Shown: positions 18,450-27,207, counted from the stretch's first letter. The stretch: 64,000 bases of DNA from Alphaproteobacteria bacterium (GCA_049601975.1 JBMYRC010000007.1:1906-65905), one strand, 5' to 3'. Made by a program: numbers and translations. Notes: generated by a model not told the origin, from the letters alone.

Positions 18450-18483
18450 GGCAACCAATGCCGGGTCATTGGCAAAGATTGCC
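18450..18483. promoter_or_regulatory. two tandem GGCA-N5-TGCCGGG palindromes (candidate enhancer-binding-protein sites) in the flgI/fliX divergent region
   Basis: GGCAACCAATGCCGGG (18450-18465) and GGCAAAGATTGCCGGG (18471-18486) have centres 21 bp apart, about 85-110 bp upstream of the flgI -24 element. Confidence 0.4.
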
Positions 18484-18546
18484 GGGCATCGCAGTTTTAT
18501 CCTCCGCGCTTAATTAGTTTCGCCTTTTTAGAAAAGGGATTAAGGT

Positions 18547-18978
18547 TTGGATATGAAAATCGAACGTACGACATCTGTTGGATCATCGCCGGTCAAGCGG
18601 AGCGACCGCTCACAAAAACCGCCTTCGGGGAAATTCGCCAAGGAAGTCGCGAGCCAGGACTCATCCACCGAACCCGTAAGTGGAGCCGCACCTGCGTATG
18701 CGGTCGACGCTTTATTAGCGATTCAGGAAGTCGAGGATGCGACGACAGGCGGCGGTAATTCGCGTGCGCGTCAATGGGGTGGCGACGTATTGGATAGGCT
18801 TGATGCCATCCGGCTGGGGTTACTGGCCGGGGGAATTCCCGTCAGCGAATTGCGTTCCATCACTGATTTGGTGACACGACAGCGCCAAAATGTCTCTGAT
18901 CCGGCTCTACAGGAAATATTGGACGAGATTGAATTGCGAGCCTGCGTGGAGTTAGCCAAACACGAGCGAGATTCCTGA
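18547..18978 (+). CDS. fliX: flagellar assembly regulator FliX
   Basis: About 143 aa and divergent from flgI, as in Caulobacter. The C-terminal part LDRLDAIRLGLLAGGIPVSELRSITDLV...DPALQEILDEIELRACVELAK matches the FliX pattern. The start could be 18547 or 18553. Confidence 0.75.
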   Translation: MDMKIERTTSVGSSPVKRSDRSQKPPSGKFAKEVASQDSSTEPVSGAAPAYAVDALLAIQEVEDATTGGGNSRARQWGGDVLDRLDAIRLGLLAGGIPVSELRSITDLVTRQRQNVSDPALQEILDEIELRACVELAKHERDS

Positions 18979-19108
18979 ACCGGATCCAATTTAAAACTAC
19001 TTTCTAGACGTATATTCTAACGGCGAATTCAAAGGCTTGCGAGAGCGCTAGCCACTCCATATACTCCGCGCGCCCAGAATTAGGTTAATGGTTTGGCGAG
19101 GAATAAGA

Positions 19109-19537
19109 ATGGCGTCGAAGAAGCGAACTTCGCTTCCCAAGAATTACAAACCCTCCGAAAAAGAAAAGTTTATGAGTGCTCGCCAACGCGAGTATTTTCG
19201 GCGGAAATTGCTGGAATGGCGGGCGGAATTGCTGGGCGAATCCAGCGAGACGCTCAAGAACATGCAGGAAGAGAGCCTGGCCGAACCGGATATGGCCGAC
19301 CGCGCGTCACTTGAAGCGGACCGCTCACTGGAACTTCGGACTCGGGATAGGCAACGCAAGTTGATATCGAAAATCGACGAGGCGTTAGAGCGAATCGATG
19401 ACGGCAATTACGGGTATTGCGAAGAGACGGGCGAACCGATTGCCTTGCGGCGGCTGGAGGCACGGCCGATCGCGACGCTGAGTATTGAAGCGCAAGAGCG
19501 CCATGAGCGTATGGAACGCACGCGCCGCGACGATTAA
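19109..19537 (+). CDS. dksA: RNA polymerase-binding transcription factor DksA
   Basis: Contains the coiled-coil tip DxxDxA motif (DMADRA) and a C-terminal GYCEETGEPIALRRLEARPIATLSIEAQ. A GAGGA RBS lies 8 nt upstream of the ATG at 19109. Confidence 0.9.
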   Translation: MASKKRTSLPKNYKPSEKEKFMSARQREYFRRKLLEWRAELLGESSETLKNMQEESLAEPDMADRASLEADRSLELRTRDRQRKLISKIDEALERIDDGNYGYCEETGEPIALRRLEARPIATLSIEAQERHERMERTRRDD

Positions 19538-19564
19538 GGTTTCAATTTCGTAGAAAAAATAAAG

Positions 19565-19599
19565 GGGGCCGATGTCCGTCGACATCGGCCCCTTCTTTT
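19565..19599. terminator. rho-independent (bidirectional) terminator between dksA and flgH
   Basis: GGGGCCGATGTC-CGTC-GACATCGGCCCC followed by TTCTTTT, with an A-rich tract on the other side. Confidence 0.8.
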
Positions 19600-19670
19600 G
19601 CAGCGACCATCTCGGAGGAGGAGGATGGAGGCGATAGCCGCTACAAATTCTCGTTTTCTTGCCTGTCCTT

Positions 19671-20432
19671 CTAGAACGGGAACAGGATGTCGTAGATTTG
19701 TTGCCCGTACCGTGGTGACTGCACGTCGGTAAGGGTTCCGCGTCCGCCGTAGGCCAGGCGCGCTTCTGCCACTTGTTCGTAATTGATTGTATTGCTGTTG
19801 GTAATATCTTGTGGTCGAATTATGCCAGTGATGGCAAGTTCGCGCACCTCGGCGTTTACCCGGGTTTCCTGGCGTCCTTCGATGACCAGGTTACCGTTCG
19901 GTAGTACTTGGACAACCATAGCTGCCACCTTCGTGGTGATCTTTTCCTCGCGGTCGATAGCGCCGACGCCGGCGACACCGGACGTACTGGCCCCATTCAC
20001 TAAGGTCGTGGGGACGACAGTCTGCGGGAAGATGGCATCCAACGCTTGCTCGTATCCGAGGAAGTTCGTCAGGTTCGCAGTCTCGCTGTTGTTGCGTGTC
20101 CGCGAAATTGAATTGTCGAGCTCAACCTTGTCCGCCACAGCGACGGTGACAGTGACAATGTCGCCGATTTGATTGGCTCGCAAATCCTTGAAGAAGGCAC
20201 GAGAACCAGCCCGCCAAAGTGAGTTCGCTGCGCGTTCGGCTCGGACTGGCGCCGGCATCGGCATTGTTATGGGGCGATAACCTGTTCGGTGCGTCGGGTT
20301 TTGGACCCGCGTCAGTTTCGGCTCCTCACCGACTTGTGATAGCCGTTCCAGAGTGTTGCATCCGCCGAGAACCGCAACCGACAGCGCATAGGCGGCGATT
20401 TTAATCAAGGATTTCATGTGGCGCGTTTTCAT
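19671..20432 (-). CDS. flgH: flagellar L-ring lipoprotein FlgH
   Basis: Lipobox LGGC after the signal peptide, plus the FlgH motifs GDIVTVTV and NGNLVIEGRQETRVNAEVRELAITGIIRPQDI. Confidence 0.95.
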   Translation of the reverse strand: MKTRHMKSLIKIAAYALSVAVLGGCNTLERLSQVGEEPKLTRVQNPTHRTGYRPITMPMPAPVRAERAANSLWRAGSRAFFKDLRANQIGDIVTVTVAVADKVELDNSISRTRNNSETANLTNFLGYEQALDAIFPQTVVPTTLVNGASTSGVAGVGAIDREEKITTKVAAMVVQVLPNGNLVIEGRQETRVNAEVRELAITGIIRPQDITNSNTINYEQVAEARLAYGGRGTLTDVQSPRYGQQIYDILFPF

Positions 20433-20441
20433 TGGCTGCTC

Positions 20442-21419
20442 CTACCTCAAAGCCACACGGCCAGCTGTATTTACGGTGACCGTTCCCGAGTTAACGACGG
20501 TGCCGTCAATCGTCTTGTGTGTCTTTGCGTTCAAGATCCGAATGGTGTCACCCTTGGAGCCGTCCTGCAGAGCTTTGCCTTGAGCAGTTAGAGTCATTCT
20601 GTTGGTTTGGAACACCATGGTCACGATCGAACCCTTGGGAACCAATATCGGCATTCGGATTTCGTTTCGCTTGATTGCCCGGTCGGCGGAAATAGTCCGA
20701 AGTGGGCTCATGCCGATCAAGTCTTCCGCGTCGTGTAAAGAGTTCATATCTATTTTGTCAGCCCGCACGGTTACTTGCCGAATATCACGCTGTCCGATGG
20801 TCTCACCGCTGCGCATGCGCCGCACTAGAACCGGAATGTCGATGAGTCTATGGTATCGACCGGTCGCGGTGATATGCCGTTTCATCTGAGCTCCGCCTTC
20901 GCCACCCATGAGCATGGCGGAGAACCGTCGTGTTTGCGGATCGAGTTGCAGCTGCCTGATTTTGACCGAAGGCATTGCCTCGCCAGGCAAATGCATCTGA
21001 AGCAGTCGGTTGTCGAGGTCGATTTCAAATTTGTCTGATTTGCCTAATTCACTGCGAATTTCCGCATCGATAGCTTCGCGGATTTGTTCAGTCGAGATCA
21101 GTATAGCAGAACGTTCGAGTATAGCTTGGTCTAGGGTGCTCAATGGTTTCCATTTTACACCATATGAACGTGATGCGTGATAGAGCCATTGAACGTTCAA
21201 GGTGATCCGCTTGCCCGGTTCCGGCGCTTGCAAGACGACGCGGTTGGCGTGCCGCCCGGCGTCTTGGAAGATGTCGCCGAGGCGTACAACGTCGTCGCGG
21301 ATAACCGTGTGGTGGCGCAGCGTGGCGGCGAGACTATCGCTTACGGATAAGAGGCCCGCGGCCAAGAATACTGTCGCACCCAGAAGACGCCCGCTTTTGA
21401 ATATTTGAGCGTGTTTCAT
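20442..21419 (-). CDS. flgA: flagellar P-ring assembly chaperone FlgA
   Basis: Signal peptide and a C-terminal SAF-like segment (ISADRAIKRNEIRMPILVPKGSIVTMVFQTNRMTLTAQGKALQDGSKGDTIRILN). Located between flgG and flgH. Confidence 0.8.
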   Translation of the reverse strand: MKHAQIFKSGRLLGATVFLAAGLLSVSDSLAATLRHHTVIRDDVVRLGDIFQDAGRHANRVVLQAPEPGKRITLNVQWLYHASRSYGVKWKPLSTLDQAILERSAILISTEQIREAIDAEIRSELGKSDKFEIDLDNRLLQMHLPGEAMPSVKIRQLQLDPQTRRFSAMLMGGEGGAQMKRHITATGRYHRLIDIPVLVRRMRSGETIGQRDIRQVTVRADKIDMNSLHDAEDLIGMSPLRTISADRAIKRNEIRMPILVPKGSIVTMVFQTNRMTLTAQGKALQDGSKGDTIRILNAKTHKTIDGTVVNSGTVTVNTAGRVALR

Positions 21420-21425
21420 GGTCTG

Positions 21426-22211
21426 TTACCGTACGTTCGTCATGGTGGCCATCATCTGATCTGATGTTTCGATCACCTTGGAATTCATCTCGTAGGCCCG
21501 CTGAGCGGTAATGAGATTGGTGATCTCTTCAACTACGTTGACGTTAGACGTCTCGAGGAAGCCTTGTTGGAGGCGGCCGAAACCGGCGGCATCAGGGTTG
21601 CCGGAAGTGGCCGAACCCGACGCCGGGGTCTCTAAGTAGAGATTGTCGCCGACGGCCAGCAGGCCTGCTTCGTTCGAGAAATTCGCAAGTTCAAATTGGC
21701 CGACGTTCTGTGGCGTAATTTGCCCGTCCAATTGAACGAGAACTTCGCCGCTGGAATTGACCGTGACGTCGATCGCCCCATCGGGGACGGTCAGACCCGG
21801 GAGCACCCGGAAGCCATCGACTGTTACAACTTCACCATCTTGACTGAGCTGAAAAGCGCCGGAACGGGTATATGCTGTCTCGCCGTCCGGCAGTTCGACC
21901 TGGAAATACCCTTCACCGTTAATCGCCAAATCTAGGGTGTTTTCGGTCAAGGTCAGGTTGCCTTGTTCGGCAATTCGATAAACCGCGGCGGTTTTCACAC
22001 CGAGGCCGATTTGCACGCCCGCTGGCACGATAGTGCCAGAATCTGAAGAGTCGGACCCCACGCGCCGTTGGTTTTGATATAACAGATCTTGGAATTCAAC
22101 ACGTCGGCGTTGATAAGCAGTCGTGTTCATATTCGCGATATTGTGGGAGATGACCTCGACATTGAGCTGTTGAGCCAACATTCCCGTCGCGCCGATATTA
22201 AGAGATCTCAT
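21426..22211 (-). CDS. flgG: flagellar distal rod protein FlgG
   Basis: MRSLNIGATGMLAQQLNVEVISHNIANMNTTAYQRRR and the C-terminal SNVNVVEEITNLITAQRAYEMNSKVI. Confidence 0.95.
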   Translation of the reverse strand: MRSLNIGATGMLAQQLNVEVISHNIANMNTTAYQRRRVEFQDLLYQNQRRVGSDSSDSGTIVPAGVQIGLGVKTAAVYRIAEQGNLTLTENTLDLAINGEGYFQVELPDGETAYTRSGAFQLSQDGEVVTVDGFRVLPGLTVPDGAIDVTVNSSGEVLVQLDGQITPQNVGQFELANFSNEAGLLAVGDNLYLETPASGSATSGNPDAAGFGRLQQGFLETSNVNVVEEITNLITAQRAYEMNSKVIETSDQMMATMTNVR

Positions 22212-22223
22212 TGGTTGTCTCCT

Positions 22224-22958
22224 TTACCCGCCTGCTGCACGTCGGGAAATTCGGCTAATCGCCTTCATTTGCCGTTCGTGTTCCTGTTGAATGGCCCGAC
22301 CGAGACTTTGGTGCGAGCGATGGACTTTGATCATTTCACCGAGCTCTAAAATCGCTTGAACATTGGATTCCTCCAACATGCCTTGCGCGATCTTAGGATT
22401 CTCAACTTCCTCAGGTTCCTGATCTTCAGGCGCGATATAAAGGTTGTTCGCGGATCGTCGCAATTGCTGCTCGTCTTCGAACTTCACGAGACCGAGCTTG
22501 GCAATGCGACCGGCATCCGTCGAGAGCGTGCCGTCGCCGCTGATCTCGACCCGACCGGCATTGGCAGGGATATTGATTGCACTCCCACTGTTGTCGAGAA
22601 CGGGATTACCTTGTCCTGTGACTAGCCTGTTTTCTGCGTCCAGCTGAAACCGGCCATGTCGGGTGTAGCGATCGCCTAGCGGTGTCTCAATGGTAAAGTA
22701 ACCATCGCCAGAGACCGCCAAGTCGAACGGATTGTCCGTCTTGACGAGCGGGCCCTCGCTGGTATCGCGCATCGTACCGATGTCCTGCGCGAAAGATTGC
22801 TTATCGTCGTTGGTGGGTTTTTGCAGATGCTCGATAAATATCAAGCGTTCCGCCTTGTAGGCGGGGGTGTTCATATTTGCCATGTTGTTTGCGATGATAT
22901 CCATGTTTCTTCGCAAACCCAATTGGCGCGATAACGCTATATAAGTTGGTGTCTCCAT
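22224..22958 (-). CDS. flgF: flagellar proximal rod protein FlgF
   Basis: IANNMANMNTPAYKAERLIF and the C-terminal LEESNVQAILELGEMIKVHRSHQS. Located upstream of flgG. Confidence 0.9.
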   Translation of the reverse strand: METPTYIALSRQLGLRRNMDIIANNMANMNTPAYKAERLIFIEHLQKPTNDDKQSFAQDIGTMRDTSEGPLVKTDNPFDLAVSGDGYFTIETPLGDRYTRHGRFQLDAENRLVTGQGNPVLDNSGSAINIPANAGRVEISGDGTLSTDAGRIAKLGLVKFEDEQQLRRSANNLYIAPEDQEPEEVENPKIAQGMLEESNVQAILELGEMIKVHRSHQSLGRAIQQEHERQMKAISRISRRAAGG

Positions 22959-23006
22959 AACCTGGCCTTATCCTTCCTCATTGAAAAGCCTCCGCTTACC
23001 AAGGTA

Positions 23007-23022
23007 AGCAGGATGTGTGCCA
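23007..23022 (-). promoter_or_regulatory. sigma-54 (-24/-12) promoter of the flgFGAH operon
   Basis: The minus strand reads TGGCACACATCCTGCT with exact GG-N10-GC spacing, about 50 nt upstream of the flgF ATG. Confidence 0.65.
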
Positions 23023-23271
23023 AATTATTTAACGTATTGATAACAGATATTTAAGTGAAATTAATGGGAAATTGAAGGCACTTATGGAAGCGCTTGCCGA
23101 GCAGTTGTTACCTTGCGCTGGAAATTTTGTACTCTGTATTGGAAAATACCGCCTGTAGTTTGTTTTTGCTTTTTCTGTGCTTATTAATTATTATTTCTCA
23201 AGTATTCCTTATGTGATGATATAAAAGAAACGTAATTTCGGTGTGGTTTTAGTAATATAGAGACATAGTAA

Positions 23272-23787
23272 ATGGCCGATGAGTTCGATGATGACGATGA
23301 ATTAGGCGAAGGCGATGTGTCCGGATCAGGCGGCGGTCTAAAGAAATTACTGCTATTTGTTGGTGCTCCGGTTCTATTGTTGATCATCGGTGGTGCGGTC
23401 GCTTATTTTTTGGGTGCGTTCGACTCGTTTTTCGGTCCGTCGCCGGAAGAACTTGAAGCTGAGCAACAACAATTGGACTCATTGGGTTATTTTTTTGAGC
23501 TTGAAGAGATGCTTGTCAGCATGGGGCGCGCCGGTCGTAAATCTAGCTTTCTGAAACTTCGCATCAGTTTGGAGTTAGAGAAGAAAGAGGACGAGCAGAG
23601 GATCAAGGCGGTGATGCCTCGGATCGTCGACAATTTCCAAGTGTTTCTGCGTGGCTTGCGGATTGAGGAATTACAGGGTTCGCACGGTCTTTACCGCATA
23701 AAGGAAGAGCTATTGGTGCGGGTAAACGCGGCAGCCAAACCGGTAAAGGTGAAAGATGTTCTCTTTAAGGAAATGTTGGTACAATAA
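23272..23787 (+). CDS. fliL: flagellar basal-body-associated protein FliL
   Basis: Single TM segment followed by the FliL pattern FLKLRISLELEKKEDEQRIKAVMPRIVDNFQVFLRGLRIEEL. Confidence 0.9.
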   Translation: MADEFDDDDELGEGDVSGSGGGLKKLLLFVGAPVLLLIIGGAVAYFLGAFDSFFGPSPEELEAEQQQLDSLGYFFELEEMLVSMGRAGRKSSFLKLRISLELEKKEDEQRIKAVMPRIVDNFQVFLRGLRIEELQGSHGLYRIKEELLVRVNAAAKPVKVKDVLFKEMLVQ

Positions 23788-23830
23788 CTGATAAGCTTAA
23801 TGCTGGTGAAATAGCCCGCTGGGTATCGCC

Positions 23831-24943
23831 ATGATGATGGATGACGAAAACGAAAATATAGCCGATGACTGGGCGGCGTCGCTGGAAGAAAGTGGCGACG
23901 GCGGTGAGGACGGCGACGCTCTTGCTGACGAATGGGCTGCCATGGCCGATGGCGGCGGCGATGATGGCTATGCCGAAAGCTCCCGCGTCCTCGATCAGTC
24001 CGAAATCGATAGTCTGCTCGGCTTCCAAGGAGGAGATGGGACCGAAAGCGAGCGTTCGGGCATTGAGGCCATTATCGACAGCGGTATGGTGTCGTATGAA
24101 CGTCTACCGATGTTGGAGGTCGTATTCGACCGTCTCGTTCGGATGATGTCGACATCGTTGCGTAATTTCACATCCGATAACGTCGATGTCAGCCTAGACA
24201 ATATAACGTCAATTCGTTTTGGGGACTATTTAAACTCCATTCCGTTACCCGCGATGCTGACGGTGTTTAAGGTGGAGGAATGGGATAACTTCGGGCTGAT
24301 TACGGTCGACAGTTCGCTCATTTACTCAATTGTTGATGTGTTGCTCGGTGGGCGGCGCGGTACGGCGGCAATGCGTATTGAAGGGCGGCCTTATACGACC
24401 ATCGAACGAAATCTCGTCGAACGCCTGATCAATGTTGTCCTCACCGATCTGGGTGGTGCATTTGATCCGTTGGCGTCTGTCATCTTTAGGTTTGACCGTC
24501 TTGAAACCAACCCGCGGTTTGCGACGATTGCGAGACCTGCTAATGCCGCGATCGTAGCCCGGTTGCGAATTGATATGGAAGACCGTGGTGGCAGATTAGA
24601 ATTGCTGCTGCCCTACGCGACGCTGGAACCGGTGCGCGAACTCTTGCTGCAAATGTTCATGGGTGAGAAGTTTGGTCGCGACTCAATTTGGGAAAACCAC
24701 TTAGCTACGGAATTGTGGTTTACGGACGTGGAATTGGACGCCGTATTGGACGAGGTTACAGTCTCTCTCAAGGATGTATTGAATTGGGAAGTTGGATCGC
24801 GTCTCGACCTTCAGGTCACGCCGGACACGACGGTTGATCTGAGGTGCGGAGAAAATTCGATGTTTCGTGGCCGGATGGGACGTAAAGGTGGTAGTATCGC
24901 AGTGCGGATCGATCAAAAACTAGACCAACCCCAAGTTCAGTAG
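23831..24943 (+). CDS. fliM: flagellar motor switch protein FliM
   Basis: Contains the N-terminal CheY-P binding motif LDQSEIDSLLGF and a middle domain with LPAMLTVFKVEEWDNFGLITVDSSLIYSIVDVLLGG. Confidence 0.9.
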   Translation: MMMDDENENIADDWAASLEESGDGGEDGDALADEWAAMADGGGDDGYAESSRVLDQSEIDSLLGFQGGDGTESERSGIEAIIDSGMVSYERLPMLEVVFDRLVRMMSTSLRNFTSDNVDVSLDNITSIRFGDYLNSIPLPAMLTVFKVEEWDNFGLITVDSSLIYSIVDVLLGGRRGTAAMRIEGRPYTTIERNLVERLINVVLTDLGGAFDPLASVIFRFDRLETNPRFATIARPANAAIVARLRIDMEDRGGRLELLLPYATLEPVRELLLQMFMGEKFGRDSIWENHLATELWFTDVELDAVLDEVTVSLKDVLNWEVGSRLDLQVTPDTTVDLRCGENSMFRGRMGRKGGSIAVRIDQKLDQPQVQ

Positions 24944-24957
24944 GAAAGGTAACAGGA

Positions 24958-25443
24958 ATGTTATTTCCTCAACTTTCTTTGTTTTTGGAAGTCATAGGCG
25001 CGACATTACTCGGCGTTATGATCGTTTATGCGATCCGGTTGAATCGCCGTCTATCCACTCTGCAGGAAGATAAGGCGGAATTTGAACGGCTATTGTTGAG
25101 TTTTACGGATTCAACCAGTCGCGCCGAAACAAGCGTCGCACGATTGAAGGCGAGCGCCATCGATACGGCCCAATCCTTGCAGGAGAGTGTGACGCGCGCG
25201 CAGGCCTTGCGTGATGATCTTGCGTTTATGGTGGACAGGGCTGATGATTCAGCCAATCGGCTTGAAAACGGAATTCGCGATGCTCGCCCGGAACAAGCAA
25301 TGCGCGGTAGTGCCGCGCAAAATGTGACAAGCGGAGAGAAAGTAAGCGCCGAACCGAGCGAACCCGAGCTGGATAGCAATAAAGATTCTGGCCAGCGAAA
25401 GACCAAATCGGATTTGCTTAAGGCGCTTGAAGGGATGCGATAG
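24958..25443 (+). CDS. hypothetical membrane-anchored coiled-coil protein, flagellar-cluster associated
   Basis: One N-terminal TM helix followed by a helical or charged region. It is tightly packed between fliM and the MotE-like gene. No family was recognised with certainty. Confidence 0.5.
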   Translation: MLFPQLSLFLEVIGATLLGVMIVYAIRLNRRLSTLQEDKAEFERLLLSFTDSTSRAETSVARLKASAIDTAQSLQESVTRAQALRDDLAFMVDRADDSANRLENGIRDARPEQAMRGSAAQNVTSGEKVSAEPSEPELDSNKDSGQRKTKSDLLKALEGMR

Positions 25444-25446
25444 GCC

Positions 25447-26124
25447 ATGACAGGTCGCGTCAGAATACTGCCTTTGATGATTATTGTGTTGGCTTTGCTG
25501 TTCTCGGTAAAACTCGGGAACATTTGGCATGGCGCATCGACGGTCGATTTCGGCGATGGAATCAACGTGCAGCCGGCGATGGCGCAGCAATCCAATGAAG
25601 GGCAAGCCAATTCCGATGCTGACTCGTCGGAGGGTGGCGCACCGCCGGGCTCGAAACCGCTGCAGAAAACGGATGTAGAAACGCCAGTGCTTGGTGATCC
25701 CAATCGGTTTAGTGAGCGAGAAGTGCAGCTCCTTCAGGAATTAGCGGAACGGCGCACGGTGCTTGATGCCAGAGAGAAACAGCTCGAAGAACGGGAAGTT
25801 TTGTTGAAAGCGGCCGAGCAACGTCTGGTTGAGAAACAGACTGAGTTGACAAGCACGAAGGAAGAAATTGTTGCCCTTCTGAAGCAACAAGATAAGCAGG
25901 AGAAGGCCAAAATAAACCAACTCGTCGCAATTTATGAAAATATGAAGCCGAAAGATGCAGCGAATATTTTTGATGAATTGGAGATGCCGGTCCTCCTGCA
26001 GGTGATAAAAAACATGAAGGAGCGGAAAGTAGCTCCTGTGATCGCGTCAATGAGCGCTGATAAAGCACGTTCCCTGACGAAAGAGCTCGCGGATCAGCGT
26101 AAGCTTCCTGCTTTACCAAACTGA
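25447..26124 (+). CDS. MotE-like protein (MgtE_N-type flagellar motility protein)
   Basis: N-terminal anchor, a coiled coil (REKQLEEREVLLKAAEQRLVEKQ), then LVAIYENMKPKDAANIFDELEMPVLLQVIKNMKERKVAPVIASMSADKARSLT, typical of MotE/FlbB-type proteins. Confidence 0.65.
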   Translation: MTGRVRILPLMIIVLALLFSVKLGNIWHGASTVDFGDGINVQPAMAQQSNEGQANSDADSSEGGAPPGSKPLQKTDVETPVLGDPNRFSEREVQLLQELAERRTVLDAREKQLEEREVLLKAAEQRLVEKQTELTSTKEEIVALLKQQDKQEKAKINQLVAIYENMKPKDAANIFDELEMPVLLQVIKNMKERKVAPVIASMSADKARSLTKELADQRKLPALPN

Positions 26125-26260
26125 CATTATTAGTTTAGATGTTAACCACGATAACTAACAATTAATGCTAGTAGATTAAGCGCCCAATCATGGTGGTCTA
26201 TGGCCCAAGATTGTGGAATTAGTGCTCGCCCAAAGAGACCTAAGGATTAGTTTTAAGAAT

Positions 26261-26647
26261 ATGGCTGTAGATATGCAAATGCCGATCCTCATCGTAGATG
26301 ATTATAAAACGATGTTGCGGATCGTTAGGAATCTCCTGAAGCGAGTTGGATTCGAGAATGTTGACGAAGCTGCCGACGGCGGCGAAGCATTCAATAAAAT
26401 GAAAGAGAAGCAATACGGCTTGGTAATTTCTGATTGGAATATGGAACCGGTGACTGGAATTCAATTGCTTCAGCAAGTGCGGGCTGATGCTAATATGAAA
26501 GACACACCGTTTATCATGATTACTGCTGAAAGTAAGACTGAGAACGTAATTGCATCCAAGGGAGCGGGCTTTAGCAACTATATCGTTAAACCGTTCAATG
26601 CGGAAACCTTGAAGCAAAAACTGACGGCAGTCCTTGGTGCCTTTTAA
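26261..26647 (+). CDS. cheY: CheY-like single-domain response regulator
   Basis: ILIVDDYKTM (acidic pocket), LVISDWNMEPVTG (phospho-acceptor Asp), ITAE, and KPF with the conserved Lys. The start is set at the ATG at 26261. Confidence 0.9.
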   Translation: MAVDMQMPILIVDDYKTMLRIVRNLLKRVGFENVDEAADGGEAFNKMKEKQYGLVISDWNMEPVTGIQLLQQVRADANMKDTPFIMITAESKTENVIASKGAGFSNYIVKPFNAETLKQKLTAVLGAF

Positions 26648-26673
26648 GGCAGCAGAGCTAGAGGTAGTGACGA

Positions 26674-27207
26674 TTGGATTCTTCCCTTCATAAGCATATG
26701 ACTGAACTACGAGCGGCAGGCGACAGGAATGTGTTGCTTTCCGAAACCAATGATATCGTCAAAAGCGTCATGAAAGGCCTGGAAGGAAAAGTCTTTGGTA
26801 TGGATATTCGCGTATTTGGCGAATTTGAATCGCTCAGCGAAGCGATTAAATCAGCACGCAGCGAATTATCTACACTAAGTCTCGAAGGTATTCGAAATGA
26901 GCATATACCGGCGTCGAAGGATGAATTAGATGCCGTCGTTCGAATTTTTGAAGCCTGTAGCTTTCAGAATATTAAAGGTCAGCGCATTACGAAGGTCGTG
27001 CGGACACTTAAGTTCATTGAACCAAAGGTTGACGAAGTGTTATTGGCTTTTGGTGATGATGTCGCGCGAGAGCGTAAAAACGATCTTGATGCGGAATTAG
27101 ATACGGCGTCCGACCGGGCGGATGAGCAAATCCTACATGGTCCTCAATCGGAAGGCGAAGCGTCTCCACAGGACGATATAGATAAGCTTCTCGCCAGCTT
27201 TGATTAA
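26674..27207 (+). CDS. cheZ: CheZ-like CheY-P phosphatase (divergent)
   Basis: ACSFQNIKGQRITKVV corresponds to the CheZ active-site helix (E. coli FQDLTGQ). The acidic C-terminal DDIDKLLASFD resembles the CheY-binding peptide. It lies directly downstream of cheY. A TTG start is proposed; an alternative ATG lies at 26698. Confidence 0.6.
   Translation: MDSSLHKHMTELRAAGDRNVLLSETNDIVKSVMKGLEGKVFGMDIRVFGEFESLSEAIKSARSELSTLSLEGIRNEHIPASKDELDAVVRIFEACSFQNIKGQRITKVVRTLKFIEPKVDEVLLAFGDDVARERKNDLDAELDTASDRADEQILHGPQSEGEASPQDDIDKLLASFD

Noticed and set aside
23030-23042. IHF consensus match (minus strand TATCAATACGTTA) next to the flgF sigma-54 promoter
   Set aside because: The match is exact and its position (about -40) is similar to the sites at fla1 and flgI. 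However, it begins only 8 nt from the -24 element, which leaves doubtful room for IHF and the holoenzyme together. It is kept out of the feature list and mentioned only as a possibility.
23051-23065. CtrA-box-like TTAAGTGAAATTAA in the flgF/fliL divergent region, and TTAACCAC near 26141
   Set aside because: The spacing is TTAA-N6-TTAA rather than N7, and the second element is only a one-mismatch half-site. In AT-rich intergenic DNA such matches are expected by chance.
25026-25703. 225-aa minus-strand ORF overlapping the 3' part of ORF 24958-25443 and the 5' part of the MotE-like gene
   Set aside because: It lies antisense to two tightly packed plus-strand genes that have recognisable features. 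Its sequence is Ser/Ala/Arg-rich and low-complexity, typical of a shadow ORF in GC-balanced coding DNA.
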